Shown piece by piece: positions 8,940 to 18,435 of a stretch of DNA of 64,000 bases. The notes below the pieces were generated by a model. It was not told where the DNA came from and ran no database searches. It saw only the letters and a program-made list of their open reading frames with translations. The DNA is taken from contig NZ_JAEULO010000043.1 of assembly GCF_016793705.1 (NCBI RefSeq), positions 351 to 64,350 on the forward strand, given 5' to 3'. The DNA is from Tabrizicola sp. GTDB taxonomy: Bacteria > Pseudomonadota > Alphaproteobacteria > Rhodobacterales > Rhodobacteraceae. Positions within the stretch are counted from its first letter, which is position 1. Every line of letters begins with the position of its first letter. Made by a program: the position numbers and the translations under genes.

Positions 8940-10247
8940 ATGACGATTTCCTCCTCGCTTTCCGCAGGCGTGGCCGGTTTGAACGCGAATGCCACCCGGC
9001 TGGCCTCGATCTCCGACAACATCGCGAACTCGGGCACCTATGGCTACAAGCGCGCGTCGACGGATTTCACCAGCATGGTGATCACCTCCTCGCGCGGGTC
9101 GGGCACCTATTCCGCGGGGGGTGTGCGGGCTTCCACCGTGCGGTTGATCGACGAACGCGGCGACCTCGTCGGCACCGGCAACCCGCTGGACCTGGCGATC
9201 GCCGGGCGCGGCATGTTGCCGGTGATCAACGAGGTGTCGCTGGGCAATGCCCTGTCGGACACGCCCTTGCTCATGACCCGGACCGGCAGCTTCCGCACCG
9301 ATGCCGACGGCGTGCTGAAGACCGATTCTGGCCTCGTGCTGCTGGGTTGGCCCGCCAATGCCGACGGCACCATCCCCTCGAACCCGCGCGACACGATCTC
9401 GGGACTGGTGCCGATCGTGATCAACACGAACCAGACGGCGGGCGATCCGACCACGACGATGAACCTCGGCGTGAACCTGCCCGCGACCTATACTGTCGCC
9501 GGGTCTACCGCTACGCCGCCGCCGCTGTCGGTCGAGTACTTCGGCAACCTCGGCACCTCGGAAGCGCTGGAGGTCACCTTCGTTCCCGTCGTTCCGGCCA
9601 CCGGATCGTCGAACCAGTGGACGATGCAGATCCGCGACAGCGCGGGCGGGGGCGCGCTGATCGGCGAATACAATCTCACCTTCGATGATTCACGGGGCGC
9701 AGGCGGCACGCTCGCCTCGGTGACAGTGGTTTCCGGCGGGGCCTACAACCCGGCGGACGGCACCTTGGCGCTGAACGTCGCCGGTGGTCCGATGACCGTC
9801 GGGATCGGCCGGTTGGGCGACCCGAATGGCCTGACCCAGCTGTCCGACAACTTTGCCCCGGTCTCGATCACCAAGAACGGCTCGCCCGTCGGCAACCTGA
9901 CCACCATCGAGGTCGACGAGAAGGGCTATGTCAACGCCACCTACGACACCGGCTTCACCCGGCGGCTGTACCAGATTCCGCTGGTCGACGTGCCCAACCC
10001 GAACGGCCTTCTGTCCTTGTCGAACCAGACCTACCAGGTCTCGCCCGATTCCGGCTCGTTCTTCCTGTGGGACGCAGGCTCCGGCCCGACCGGCTCGATC
10101 CAGGGTTATTCGCGCGAGGGGTCGAAGACCGATGTCGCGGCGGAACTGACCAGCCTGATCCAGACCCAGCGCGCCTATTCCTCGAACGCCAAGGTGATCC
10201 AGACGGTGGACGAGATGCTGCAGGAAACCACCAACATCAAGCGGTAA
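8940..10247 (+). CDS. flgE: Flagellar hook protein
   Basis: ISDNIANSGTYGYK N-terminus; DVAAELTSLIQTQRAYSSNAKVIQTVDEML C-terminus. Confidence 0.94.
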   Translation: MTISSSLSAGVAGLNANATRLASISDNIANSGTYGYKRASTDFTSMVITSSRGSGTYSAGGVRASTVRLIDERGDLVGTGNPLDLAIAGRGMLPVINEVSLGNALSDTPLLMTRTGSFRTDADGVLKTDSGLVLLGWPANADGTIPSNPRDTISGLVPIVINTNQTAGDPTTTMNLGVNLPATYTVAGSTATPPPLSVEYFGNLGTSEALEVTFVPVVPATGSSNQWTMQIRDSAGGGALIGEYNLTFDDSRGAGGTLASVTVVSGGAYNPADGTLALNVAGGPMTVGIGRLGDPNGLTQLSDNFAPVSITKNGSPVGNLTTIEVDEKGYVNATYDTGFTRRLYQIPLVDVPNPNGLLSLSNQTYQVSPDSGSFFLWDAGSGPTGSIQGYSREGSKTDVAAELTSLIQTQRAYSSNAKVIQTVDEMLQETTNIKR

Positions 10248-10253
10248 CAGGCG

Positions 10254-11717
10254 ATGAGCGTCACCTCCGCCCTTGCCGGAGCCCTGTCGGGCCTGTCGGC
10301 CACCTCGCGCCAGGCCGAGATCCTGTCGTCGAACGTGGCCAATGCCACCACGCCCGGCTATGCCCGCCGCCAGGTCAGCCTCGGCTCGGCAGTGCTCGCG
10401 GGCCATGGCCAGGGAGTGCAGGTCCTGGGCATCACGCGCGATGTCGACCGGCAGCTTCTGGGCGAGCGGCGGATCGCTCAGGCCGGGGGTGCCGACCGCG
10501 ACGTGCGGGCCGCGTTTCTGGCCCGGGTGGAACAGGCGCTCGGCACGCCAGACAGCCAGGGCTCGCTCGCCGCACGGCTTGCAGCTTTCGATCAGGCGCT
10601 GGTGGAAGCGGCGGGCCGCCCGGAGTCGCAGGCGCGGCTGACCGGCATTGCCACCGCCGCGAAGTCGCTGATCGACGGGTTGGCTGCGGCCAGCGATGAC
10701 ATCCAGACCGCCCGCACCACCGCCGACCGCCAGATCGGCGAAGAAGTCGGCAAGCTGAACGCCACCCTCGCCCAGTTGCAGGAGCTGAACGTCGAGTTGC
10801 GGTCCTTCACCGGGGCAGGGCGCGACATCTCGGCGCTCCTGGACAAGCGGCAGCAGCTGGTCGACCAGATCTCTGCCATCGTACCCGTCCGCGAGATTCC
10901 CCGCGATCTCAACCAGATCGCGCTGTTCACTACCGGCGGCGCGCCGCTCCTGGAAGGCTCGGCTGCCGTCATCGGCTTTTCGACCACCCATACCATCACA
11001 GCCGAGATGACGCAGGCCTCGGGCGGGCTCTCGGGCATCACCATCAACGGAAGGCCCTATGATACCGCAGGCTCGGCCAGCCCGATCCTGGGGGGCAGCC
11101 TGGGCGCGCTCTTCGCGGTGCGCGACGAGCTTGCGGTCAGTGCCCAGGGCAAGCTGGACGCGGTCGCGCGCGATCTGGTCGAACGTTTCGCCTCGCCCTC
11201 CGTCGACCCCACGCTTGCTCCGGGCGCGGCGGGCCTCTTCACCGATGCGGGCGCCACCTTCGACCCGCTGAACGAGGCGGGCCTTGCGAGACGCCTCTCC
11301 CTCAATGCCGCCGCCGACCCCGACCGGGGCGGCGCGCTTTTCCGCCTGCGCGATGGGCTGGGGGCCGCAACCGAAGGCCCGCCGGGCAATGGCACGCTGA
11401 TCACCGCTCTCCACGCCGCGCTGACCGAGGCCCGGCCCCTGTCCTCGACCGGCTTCGCCACTGGGAACCGCAGCTTCGCCACCCTGACCGGCGACCTGAT
11501 GAGCGATACTTCGGCACTGCGGCTCTCGGCGCAGTCCGAGCAGAGCTTCGCCTCGGCAAAGCTGATCGCACTGACCGACCTCGAAGCGCAGAACGGCATT
11601 GATACCGACCAGGAGATGCAGGATCTGCTGGTGATCGAGAAGAACTACGCCGCCAACGCAAAGGTGATCCAGGCGGTGGCCGACATGATCGACACGTTGA
11701 TAAGGCTGGACGGATGA
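10254..11717 (+). CDS. flgK: Hook-associated protein 1
   Basis: SSNVANATTPGYARR; GIDTDQEMQDLLVIEKNYAANAKVI. Confidence 0.92.
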   Translation: MSVTSALAGALSGLSATSRQAEILSSNVANATTPGYARRQVSLGSAVLAGHGQGVQVLGITRDVDRQLLGERRIAQAGGADRDVRAAFLARVEQALGTPDSQGSLAARLAAFDQALVEAAGRPESQARLTGIATAAKSLIDGLAAASDDIQTARTTADRQIGEEVGKLNATLAQLQELNVELRSFTGAGRDISALLDKRQQLVDQISAIVPVREIPRDLNQIALFTTGGAPLLEGSAAVIGFSTTHTITAEMTQASGGLSGITINGRPYDTAGSASPILGGSLGALFAVRDELAVSAQGKLDAVARDLVERFASPSVDPTLAPGAAGLFTDAGATFDPLNEAGLARRLSLNAAADPDRGGALFRLRDGLGAATEGPPGNGTLITALHAALTEARPLSSTGFATGNRSFATLTGDLMSDTSALRLSAQSEQSFASAKLIALTDLEAQNGIDTDQEMQDLLVIEKNYAANAKVIQAVADMIDTLIRLDG

Positions 11718-12712
11718 CCCGGATCTCGGTTGGCGACGCGAGCCTCACGAACATCCTGGCGCGGCAGAGCGCCGATCTGCGCGGTCAGGTGCAGCGCGCC
11801 TCGCAAGAGGTAGCGACCGGCAGGCATTCCGACCTCGGCGCCGCCCTGCGCGGGGACTTCTCGCCGCTCCTCGCCATCGACGCGAGCCTCGCAGGGCTGT
11901 CGGCCTACAAGTCGAACACCGCCGATGCGGCCTTCCAGACAGCGGCCCAGCAAAGCGCGATCAGCGGGCTGTCGGACCTGGCCTCGGGCATTTCGACCAC
12001 CCTGCTGGGCGCAAAGAACGCCACGCCCGCGCAGATCGACACGCTGGCGGCTGACGCCAAGGGGCGTCTCGCCTCGGCCATCGGGCTGCTGAACACACAG
12101 GCCTCCGGTCGCGCGATGTTTTCCGGGGTGGCGACGGATACGGTCCCGCTCGGCCCGGTCGAGGACATGCTCACCGCCCTGCAAACCGCCGCTGCGGGGG
12201 CCGCCACCGCGGGGCAGGTGACGGCGGCCGTGACCGGCTGGTTCTCCGACCCGCTGGGCTTCGGTGCCTTCTACCAGGGCGGCAGCCCGCTCTCCCCTAC
12301 CCCCATCGCGCAGGGCGAGGCGGCGGAGGTCTCGACCACAGCGATGGACCCGGCCCTGCGCGATTCGCTTGCAGGCTTTGCGATGGCGGCGCTGATCGAC
12401 CGGGGTATCCTTGCCGGTGATGCGACCGAACGCGGGCGACTCGCTCAAGCGGCCGGTCAGCAACTGGTCTCGACCGAGGATGCGCGGACCAGCTTACAGG
12501 CGCGGATCGGCACGGTCGAGGCGCGGATCGAAGCCGCGCGGACCCGGAATTCGGCGGAGGAAACCTCGCTGGGCATCCTGCGATCGGACATTGGCTCGGT
12601 CGATCCCTACGAGGCCGGCACCCGGCTGGAGGCGATCCAGTCGCAACTGGAATCGCTCTACCTCGTCACCGCCCGCGTCTCGCGGCTGAGCCTTGCGGAG
12701 TATGTGAGATGA
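11714..12712 (+). CDS. flgL: Hook-associated protein 3 (flagellin-like)
   Basis: Follows flgK with a 4-nt overlap; flagellin-like termini (VDPYEAGTRLE...SLYLVTARVSRLSL). Confidence 0.85.
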   Translation: MTRISVGDASLTNILARQSADLRGQVQRASQEVATGRHSDLGAALRGDFSPLLAIDASLAGLSAYKSNTADAAFQTAAQQSAISGLSDLASGISTTLLGAKNATPAQIDTLAADAKGRLASAIGLLNTQASGRAMFSGVATDTVPLGPVEDMLTALQTAAAGAATAGQVTAAVTGWFSDPLGFGAFYQGGSPLSPTPIAQGEAAEVSTTAMDPALRDSLAGFAMAALIDRGILAGDATERGRLAQAAGQQLVSTEDARTSLQARIGTVEARIEAARTRNSAEETSLGILRSDIGSVDPYEAGTRLEAIQSQLESLYLVTARVSRLSLAEYVR

Positions 12713-13800
12713 TCCGTTTCCTGCTGGCCCTGTGCCTTTTCGCCAGCGCAGCGCTGGCCGAGCCGATCCGGATCAAGGACCTGGTGGAGTTCGATGGGGT
12801 GCGCGGCAACGACCTGGTCGGCTACGGGCTGGTGGTGGGCCTGAACGGCACCGGCGACGGGCTGCGGAACGCACCCTTCACCGAGGAGATCATGGCCAAC
12901 CTGCTGGAGCGGCTGGGGGCCAACGTGACGGGCGAGGAATTCCGGCCGAAGAACGTGGCCGCCGTCTTCGTGACTGCGCAGCTGCCACCCTTCGCCCGCG
13001 CCGGGGGGCGGATCGACGTGACGGTCTCGGCCATCGGGGACGCGAAGAGCCTTCTCGGCGGGACGCTGGTGATGACGCCGCTCAATGGCGCGGACGGGCA
13101 GATCTATGCGGTGGCGCAGGGGACGATCATCGCGGGCGGCGTGTCGGCCGAAGGCGATGCGGCGCGGGTCACGCAGGGCGTGCCCACGGCGGGGGTCATC
13201 CCCTCCGGTGCGCGGGTGGAGCGGGAGGTGGAGTTCGACTTCGCGGGCCTGCCGGTGCTGCGGCTGGCGCTGAAGGCGGCGGACTTCACCACCGCCGCAC
13301 GGATCGAGCAGGCGGTGAACGCCGAATTCGGCGCGCGGGTGGCCGAGATGCAGGATGCGGGGACGGTGGCAGTGGACATCGGCGCGACGGGGATGCTCTC
13401 GCCCGCGCATGTGCTGGCCCGGATCGAGGGCATCCTGGTCGAGCCCGAGACCCGGGCGCGGGTGGTGGTGGACCAGCGGTCGGGGACCATCGTGATGGGG
13501 GCGGACGTGCGGATCAGCCGGGTCGCGGTGGCGCAGGGGAACCTGACGCTGCGGGTCGAGGAGAGCCCGCTTGTCGTCCAGCCCAACCCCTTCACCGAGG
13601 GTGAGACGGTGGTGGTGCCCCGGACCAGCGCCTCGATCGGGAAGGAAGGGACGGGGCTTGCGGAAGTGCAGGGGGGGACAGATCTGGCCGAGGTGGTGGC
13701 CGGGCTGAACGCGCTGGGGGTGGCCCCGCATGACATGATCGACATCCTGAAAAGCATCAACGCGGCGGGGGCCCTGCATGCGGAGTTCGTGGTCAACTGA
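12709..13800 (+). CDS. flgI: Flagellar P-ring protein
   Basis: RIKDLVEFDGVRGNDLVGYGLVVGLNGTGD. Confidence 0.96.
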   Translation: MIRFLLALCLFASAALAEPIRIKDLVEFDGVRGNDLVGYGLVVGLNGTGDGLRNAPFTEEIMANLLERLGANVTGEEFRPKNVAAVFVTAQLPPFARAGGRIDVTVSAIGDAKSLLGGTLVMTPLNGADGQIYAVAQGTIIAGGVSAEGDAARVTQGVPTAGVIPSGARVEREVEFDFAGLPVLRLALKAADFTTAARIEQAVNAEFGARVAEMQDAGTVAVDIGATGMLSPAHVLARIEGILVEPETRARVVVDQRSGTIVMGADVRISRVAVAQGNLTLRVEESPLVVQPNPFTEGETVVVPRTSASIGKEGTGLAEVQGGTDLAEVVAGLNALGVAPHDMIDILKSINAAGALHAEFVVN

Positions 13801-13806
13801 CGCGGT

Positions 13807-13877
13807 TGTCCACGGTGGCAGAAATTAGAGACATCTGGAATCAACGGGTTGCGCGTGGACAGTAAGGATCTGGCAAG
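13807..13877. repeat. Intergenic repeat copy C (inverted relative to A and B)
   Basis: TGTCCACGGTGGCAG at 13807-13821, IHF consensus AATCAACGGGTTG at 13839-13851, extra GTGGACAG arm at 13856-13863. Confidence 0.65.
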
Positions 13878-13979
13878 GAATGGCGCTGCCGTCGGGTGCA
13901 GCAAATGATGTCTCCAGGGCGGATGGTGGGGCGTGCGGGCACACAGTGCGGGTTGGGCAGGGCGACCTGCCCTCGCCGG

Positions 13980-14876
13980 TCAAACCGGCACGGCGCTTTC
14001 GAGGGTCGCCGAGGGGAAGGAGCGGCAGATCTTCGTGATCGTCTCCCGGTTCTCGCTCAGGCAGGCGGCAGTCGACAGGGCGTCCGCCAGCGCGGCGGAG
14101 GGTGCGGACACCGAGACGGAGCGCCAGGGCGACAGGACGGGCCGGGCGGTGCGGGGGTCGAGGATGTGGCTGCTCACGCCGTCGCCGCCGAAGGTCATCC
14201 CGAGGGGCGCCGATGTGGCGAGCGCCCGGTTGCGCAAGGCAAGGCTGCCCCCGGCCTCCAGCTGAACCGGCCAGTCGCCTTCGGGCAGCGCCACCATCTC
14301 GCCGGTGTCGATCAGCGCGCGGGTCAGGCCATGCCCGGCCAGAAGCGCTGCCACTCGGTCAGCGATGTAGCCCTGCGCGATGCCGTTCAGCGTCAGCCCC
14401 ATGCCGGGGCGAAGCGCGATCGCCTCGGGTTCCAGCCGGACCGCGGCCCAGCCGATCAGCGCGCCGGCCCGCGCCCGGTCGGCATCGGAAGGCGGCGTCC
14501 CGGCCTCGCGCGCCGCCGCTTCGGCCCGCCACAGCGGCTGGACCGTCGGGTCGAAGCGGCCCTCGCTCGCGGCATGGACGGAACCGGCGATGGCGAGGCA
14601 TTCCAGCAGCTCGAAGGGCGGTTCGGGCAATGTGCCGTCACGGTTCAGCCGGACCAGGGCGCTGTCGGGCAGATACAGCGAGAAGACCCGCTCCAGCCGC
14701 CGGATTTCGGCCATGGCGAGCGCGGCGAGCTGCGGTGCCTGCGGATGCTGGAGCCGCAGCGTGACCTTCGCGCCAAGCGCAACCCCAGTTTCGACGTGCA
14801 GGTCGGGCCGCTGGGCGAGCGCCATCGACGGGGCGAGGGCGGCGGAAATGGCGATGAAGCGGCGGCGGGTCAGCAT
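13980..14876 (-). CDS. nosX: FAD:protein FMN transferase (ApbE family) NosX
   Basis: Tat signal MLTRRRF; LTLNGIAQGYIAD; SHILDPRT; last gene of the nos operon. Confidence 0.9.
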   Translation of the reverse strand: MLTRRRFIAISAALAPSMALAQRPDLHVETGVALGAKVTLRLQHPQAPQLAALAMAEIRRLERVFSLYLPDSALVRLNRDGTLPEPPFELLECLAIAGSVHAASEGRFDPTVQPLWRAEAAAREAGTPPSDADRARAGALIGWAAVRLEPEAIALRPGMGLTLNGIAQGYIADRVAALLAGHGLTRALIDTGEMVALPEGDWPVQLEAGGSLALRNRALATSAPLGMTFGGDGVSSHILDPRTARPVLSPWRSVSVSAPSAALADALSTAACLSENRETITKICRSFPSATLESAVPV

Positions 14877-14878
14877 GG

Positions 14879-15430
14879 TCAGCCTCCGGTGGACAGGGAT
14901 TTCAGACGGTCGGAATAGCCCTCGTCGCCCCCGGTGAGATCGGGTGTCAGGGGCGCAAGCGCGCTGTCGGGGATCGCTGCCAGCGCCATGACCGAACCGC
15001 CGTGCAGAGCGGCGAAGGCACGGGCCTTGTCAGCATCGGCGAAGGGCGCCAGCTCCGGCGCGCCCATGCCACCGGTGACATCGGCCCCGACAACATATGT
15101 CGCAGTCGTCGCATCGGTCCAGTTCGTCGCCCCCGGCTGGTCCCAGGTCGCCCCTTCTGCCCCCATGTCGCTGACATAGATCGCAAGCACCCTGTTGCTC
15201 TGCTCGGGCAGGCGCAGGTAGGTCACAAGGTCGGTGACCTGGCTGAAGAACAGCGGCGCGCCCGGCAGGCCTTCAAGATGGACCTGCCCCTTCGGCCCTT
15301 CATGCTCCAGGAGGTTCATCTGGCAGAAATAGCCCAGGGTTTCCGGCGCGAGCGGAAGCGGGTCGGTGTTCTGCGCCACCTCTTCGTTGCAGGCGCCAAG
15401 GGCAAGGGCAAACAACAGCGCACGTTTCAT
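14879..15430 (-). CDS. nosL: Copper chaperone lipoprotein NosL
   Basis: Lipobox LALGAC; GYFCQMNLLEHEGPKGQ; GGMGAPE. True start is 15430, inside the longer tracked ORF. Confidence 0.9.
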   Translation of the reverse strand: MKRALLFALALGACNEEVAQNTDPLPLAPETLGYFCQMNLLEHEGPKGQVHLEGLPGAPLFFSQVTDLVTYLRLPEQSNRVLAIYVSDMGAEGATWDQPGATNWTDATTATYVVGADVTGGMGAPELAPFADADKARAFAALHGGSVMALAAIPDSALAPLTPDLTGGDEGYSDRLKSLSTGG

Positions 15431-16248
15431 GGCGTGACCTTTCGGAAGGCAGCGGCGGCCAAGGCCAGCGCGGCCAGGGGCCAGAGCAGGACCGAGGCGA
15501 GTGACTGCCACAGCGGTATGGCATCGGCGGCCCCGCCCACCCCGGCAGCGGCGGCGGTTGCGCCCGAGGCGGTGAGGTTGAACAGCCGGAAGGCATCGGC
15601 CGGGTTGGCGAGAAGGGCGACGGGGAAAGCATCGGTCGTGAACCAGCCGCCGTTGTCTGCGACGATGGCCGACAGCAGGGCAAGGTCGTAGAGGACGACG
15701 AGGCCGAGCCAGAGCCCGACGGCAAGGCCCGCGGCGCCGGACGGGCGGCGCGACAGTGACGACAGCGCATAGCCCACGCCGAGGAAGGTGGCGCCGAGGA
15801 GGATTGAGGACCAGGAGAGCCGCCAGAGCGCGGGCAGGCCCTGCACTGCGGTCGGGTCGGACCAGAGGGTCACGGCGGCGGCGAGGCCGTGGCCAAGGAG
15901 GACGGCGAGCGTCAGGATGGCGAGATGGGCGAGGAGCTTGCCGAGCAGGATTTCCCACCGCGCGATGGGATAGGCGAGGAGCAGCGGCAGCGTGCCGCGT
16001 TCGGTTTCCCCGGCGATGGCGTCGAAGCTCATCAGGAGGGCGAGGAGCGGGATCAGGTAGACCGAGAGCGAGGTGAGCGAGGCGACCGTGACCGACAGCC
16101 GGTCGACGCCCAGCCCGCCGGTCGGGGCGGAGCCGGCCAGCGCGAGGACCAGCGAGAAGACCGCCATCAGGGCCAGCGCGATGGCGACCCAGCGGTTGCG
16201 GAGCGCGATGCGGAATTCGGTCCGGGCGGTGGAGAGGATGCGGATCAT
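15427..16248 (-). CDS. nosY: Nos ABC permease
   Basis: Multi-TM protein; GETERGTLPLLLAYP. Confidence 0.92.
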   Translation of the reverse strand: MIRILSTARTEFRIALRNRWVAIALALMAVFSLVLALAGSAPTGGLGVDRLSVTVASLTSLSVYLIPLLALLMSFDAIAGETERGTLPLLLAYPIARWEILLGKLLAHLAILTLAVLLGHGLAAAVTLWSDPTAVQGLPALWRLSWSSILLGATFLGVGYALSSLSRRPSGAAGLAVGLWLGLVVLYDLALLSAIVADNGGWFTTDAFPVALLANPADAFRLFNLTASGATAAAAGVGGAADAIPLWQSLASVLLWPLAALALAAAAFRKVTP

Positions 16249-17141
16249 TGCAGGCCCCCCTGGCTGAAATGGGCGTAGAGGTCTTCCAGGCTGGGGGGCA
16301 GGACTTCGAGGTCGGCCACCTTGTCGCCCAGCCCGGCGATGCGGCCCAGCGTTTCCAGCTTCTCGGCCTGCGGGCAGGTCAGGTGCAACGCCCCGTCGAC
16401 CAGGATCGCCCCGGGCAGGGCGCGGGCGATGTCGGGGGCGTAGCCGTTGCGGGCGGTGACGTGAAGCGCCACCGGCAGGTCGGCCCGGCGACGGAGGTCG
16501 GGAAGCGAGCCCTCGGCAACCATCCGGCCCTTCGACAGGATCACGATGCGGTCGGTCCGCGCCTCGACCTCGGTCAGGGCGTGCGAGGAGAGGAGGATCG
16601 ACGCCCCCTTCGCCGCCAGATCGTCGAGCAGTGCGTAGAACTCCCGCCGCGACACCGGATCAAGGCCGGAGGTCGGCTCGTCCAGCACCAGCAGGCGGGG
16701 ATGGCCGATCAGCGCCTGCGCCAGGCCGACGCGCTGGCGCATCCCCTTGGAATAGGTGCCGATCCGGCGGCGCGCGGCTTGGGCGAGGCCGACCTTTTCC
16801 AGCAGCGCCATCGCCTGCGACTGGTCTTCCCCGCGCAAGGCGAGATAGTGGCGGGTCTGTTCCAGCCCGGTCAGCGCCGGGTGGAAGGCGGCGTTCTCGG
16901 GCAGATAGGCCACGGCGCGGCGGGCGGCAGCCGAGCCGGGCGTGGCATCGCAGATCGTGACCGCGCCGCTGGTGGCCGGGATCAGGCCGAGGATGATCTT
17001 CATCAGCGTCGATTTGCCCGCGCCGTTGTGGCCGAGAAGCGCGACGCGCTCGCCCGGGGCCACGGACAGGCTGACCCCGGTCAGCGCGGCGACCTCGCCG
17101 AAGCGCTTAGTGAGATCCGAGATCGTCAGTGTCGATGTCAT
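16245..17141 (-). CDS. nosF: Nos ABC ATPase
   Basis: GHNGAGKST, YSKGMRQR, LDEPTSGLDP. Confidence 0.92.
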   Translation of the reverse strand: MTSTLTISDLTKRFGEVAALTGVSLSVAPGERVALLGHNGAGKSTLMKIILGLIPATSGAVTICDATPGSAAARRAVAYLPENAAFHPALTGLEQTRHYLALRGEDQSQAMALLEKVGLAQAARRRIGTYSKGMRQRVGLAQALIGHPRLLVLDEPTSGLDPVSRREFYALLDDLAAKGASILLSSHALTEVEARTDRIVILSKGRMVAEGSLPDLRRRADLPVALHVTARNGYAPDIARALPGAILVDGALHLTCPQAEKLETLGRIAGLGDKVADLEVLPPSLEDLYAHFSQGGLQ

Positions 17142-18435
17142 CGTAGGTGCCTTTGCTCCAACGCCCGGCAACCGCGGCTTCCATGGCGGCGATATCGTCG
17201 GGGACGGGTATGGTGATCGGCTGCATCAAGGGGTGGCTGTCGGTCACGCCGCCCGGCAGGATCGCCGGGAACGAGGACTGCGACCAGCGCACCAGCTGCA
17301 CGGCGGGAGAGCCGGTGAGCAGGGCGGCCGAGGGTTGCGACCACAGGATATGGTCCATCAGGTCGTTCGGGCGGTAGACCCCGTCGGCGATCCCGTCGCC
17401 GTTCAGGTCGAAGGCCGGGTGGTCCGACCAATAGTTGCCGCGGCCCTCGAAGCTCCACTCCATGAACCGGGTGCCGACGTATTTCACCTGCTCCTGGTTG
17501 CCGACGAAAGCGTTGCCGGTCAGCATGTTGCGCTCGGACCCCGCGGTGAAGTGGATGCCGATGCCACAGCCCTCGAAGCGGTTGTTCGCGATCAGGTTCT
17601 TGTGGGCGTTGTAGATGAAGAGGCATTTCCTGGTGCCGCCCCGCACCAGGTTGCCCGCCACATCCGCGTTGTTGGCGAAGTTCAGCATCACCCCATGCTC
17701 GCGGTCGCCGAGCGAGAGGTTGTTCGTCACCACCACCCGGTCGCTGAACATGATCGCGAAGCCCAGGTGGTTGCCGATCGAGATGTTGCCCGACACCTCG
17801 CTGTCGTGGGTATACATGTAGTGGACCGCGAAGCGCAGGTCACGGAACAGGTTGTTGCGGTAGGTGCCCTTCTTCGAGGCGTTCGAGAAGATGCCGTCAC
17901 GGCCCCAGCGGATATCGTTGCCCTCGATCACCGTGCCGGGGCTGTTCCAGATGTAGACACCGTTGCCGCGTTCATTCATGCGCAGGTTCTGTCGGCCCAG
18001 GATCACGTTGTTCCGGACCAGCGTGTCGAGCCCGCCATGGACATCGACGCCATGCATGTTCTCGACCAGCCGGTTGCCCTCGATCCGCGTGCCGTCGGCG
18101 CCCTTGACCACCTTGATCGCGGAATCGATGGACTGGTTGTCGTCGCCCGATCCGATGACTTCCAGCCCGGTCAGGACCACGCCATCCCCGGTCACGGTGA
18201 TCACGGTTCCCCTGCGCTGCCCGTCGACCACTGCGCTGCCGTCACCTTGCAGGGTCAGGGTCCGGTCGATGGTGATGGGCCCCAGATAGGCCCCGCCAGA
18301 GAGAATGAGCACGTCGCCGGGGGCAGCCCCGGCGATGGCTTCGGCCAGCGTGCCCTCACCCGGCATGACATGCGTCTCTGCCGCCAGAAGCGGCGAGGAG
18401 AGCAGCATGAGAAGGGCAAGGACACGCAGCATCAT
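17107..18435 (-). CDS. nosD: Periplasmic N2O-reductase maturation protein
   Basis: Beta-helix CASH repeats; RFAVHYMY and GNYWSD; ATG overlaps the nosZ TGA. Confidence 0.93.
   Translation of the reverse strand: MMLRVLALLMLLSSPLLAAETHVMPGEGTLAEAIAGAAPGDVLILSGGAYLGPITIDRTLTLQGDGSAVVDGQRRGTVITVTGDGVVLTGLEVIGSGDDNQSIDSAIKVVKGADGTRIEGNRLVENMHGVDVHGGLDTLVRNNVILGRQNLRMNERGNGVYIWNSPGTVIEGNDIRWGRDGIFSNASKKGTYRNNLFRDLRFAVHYMYTHDSEVSGNISIGNHLGFAIMFSDRVVVTNNLSLGDREHGVMLNFANNADVAGNLVRGGTRKCLFIYNAHKNLIANNRFEGCGIGIHFTAGSERNMLTGNAFVGNQEQVKYVGTRFMEWSFEGRGNYWSDHPAFDLNGDGIADGVYRPNDLMDHILWSQPSAALLTGSPAVQLVRWSQSSFPAILPGGVTDSHPLMQPITIPVPDDIAAMEAAVAGRWSKGTYDDIDTDDLGSH

Noticed and set aside
9690-11414. Long antisense and alternate-frame ORFs (also 18480..20426, 32063..34306, 33529..35070, 50264..52174 and many more)
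   Set aside because: Shadows of real genes in GC-rich DNA; no motifs or RBS, and they overlap genes with clear family signatures.
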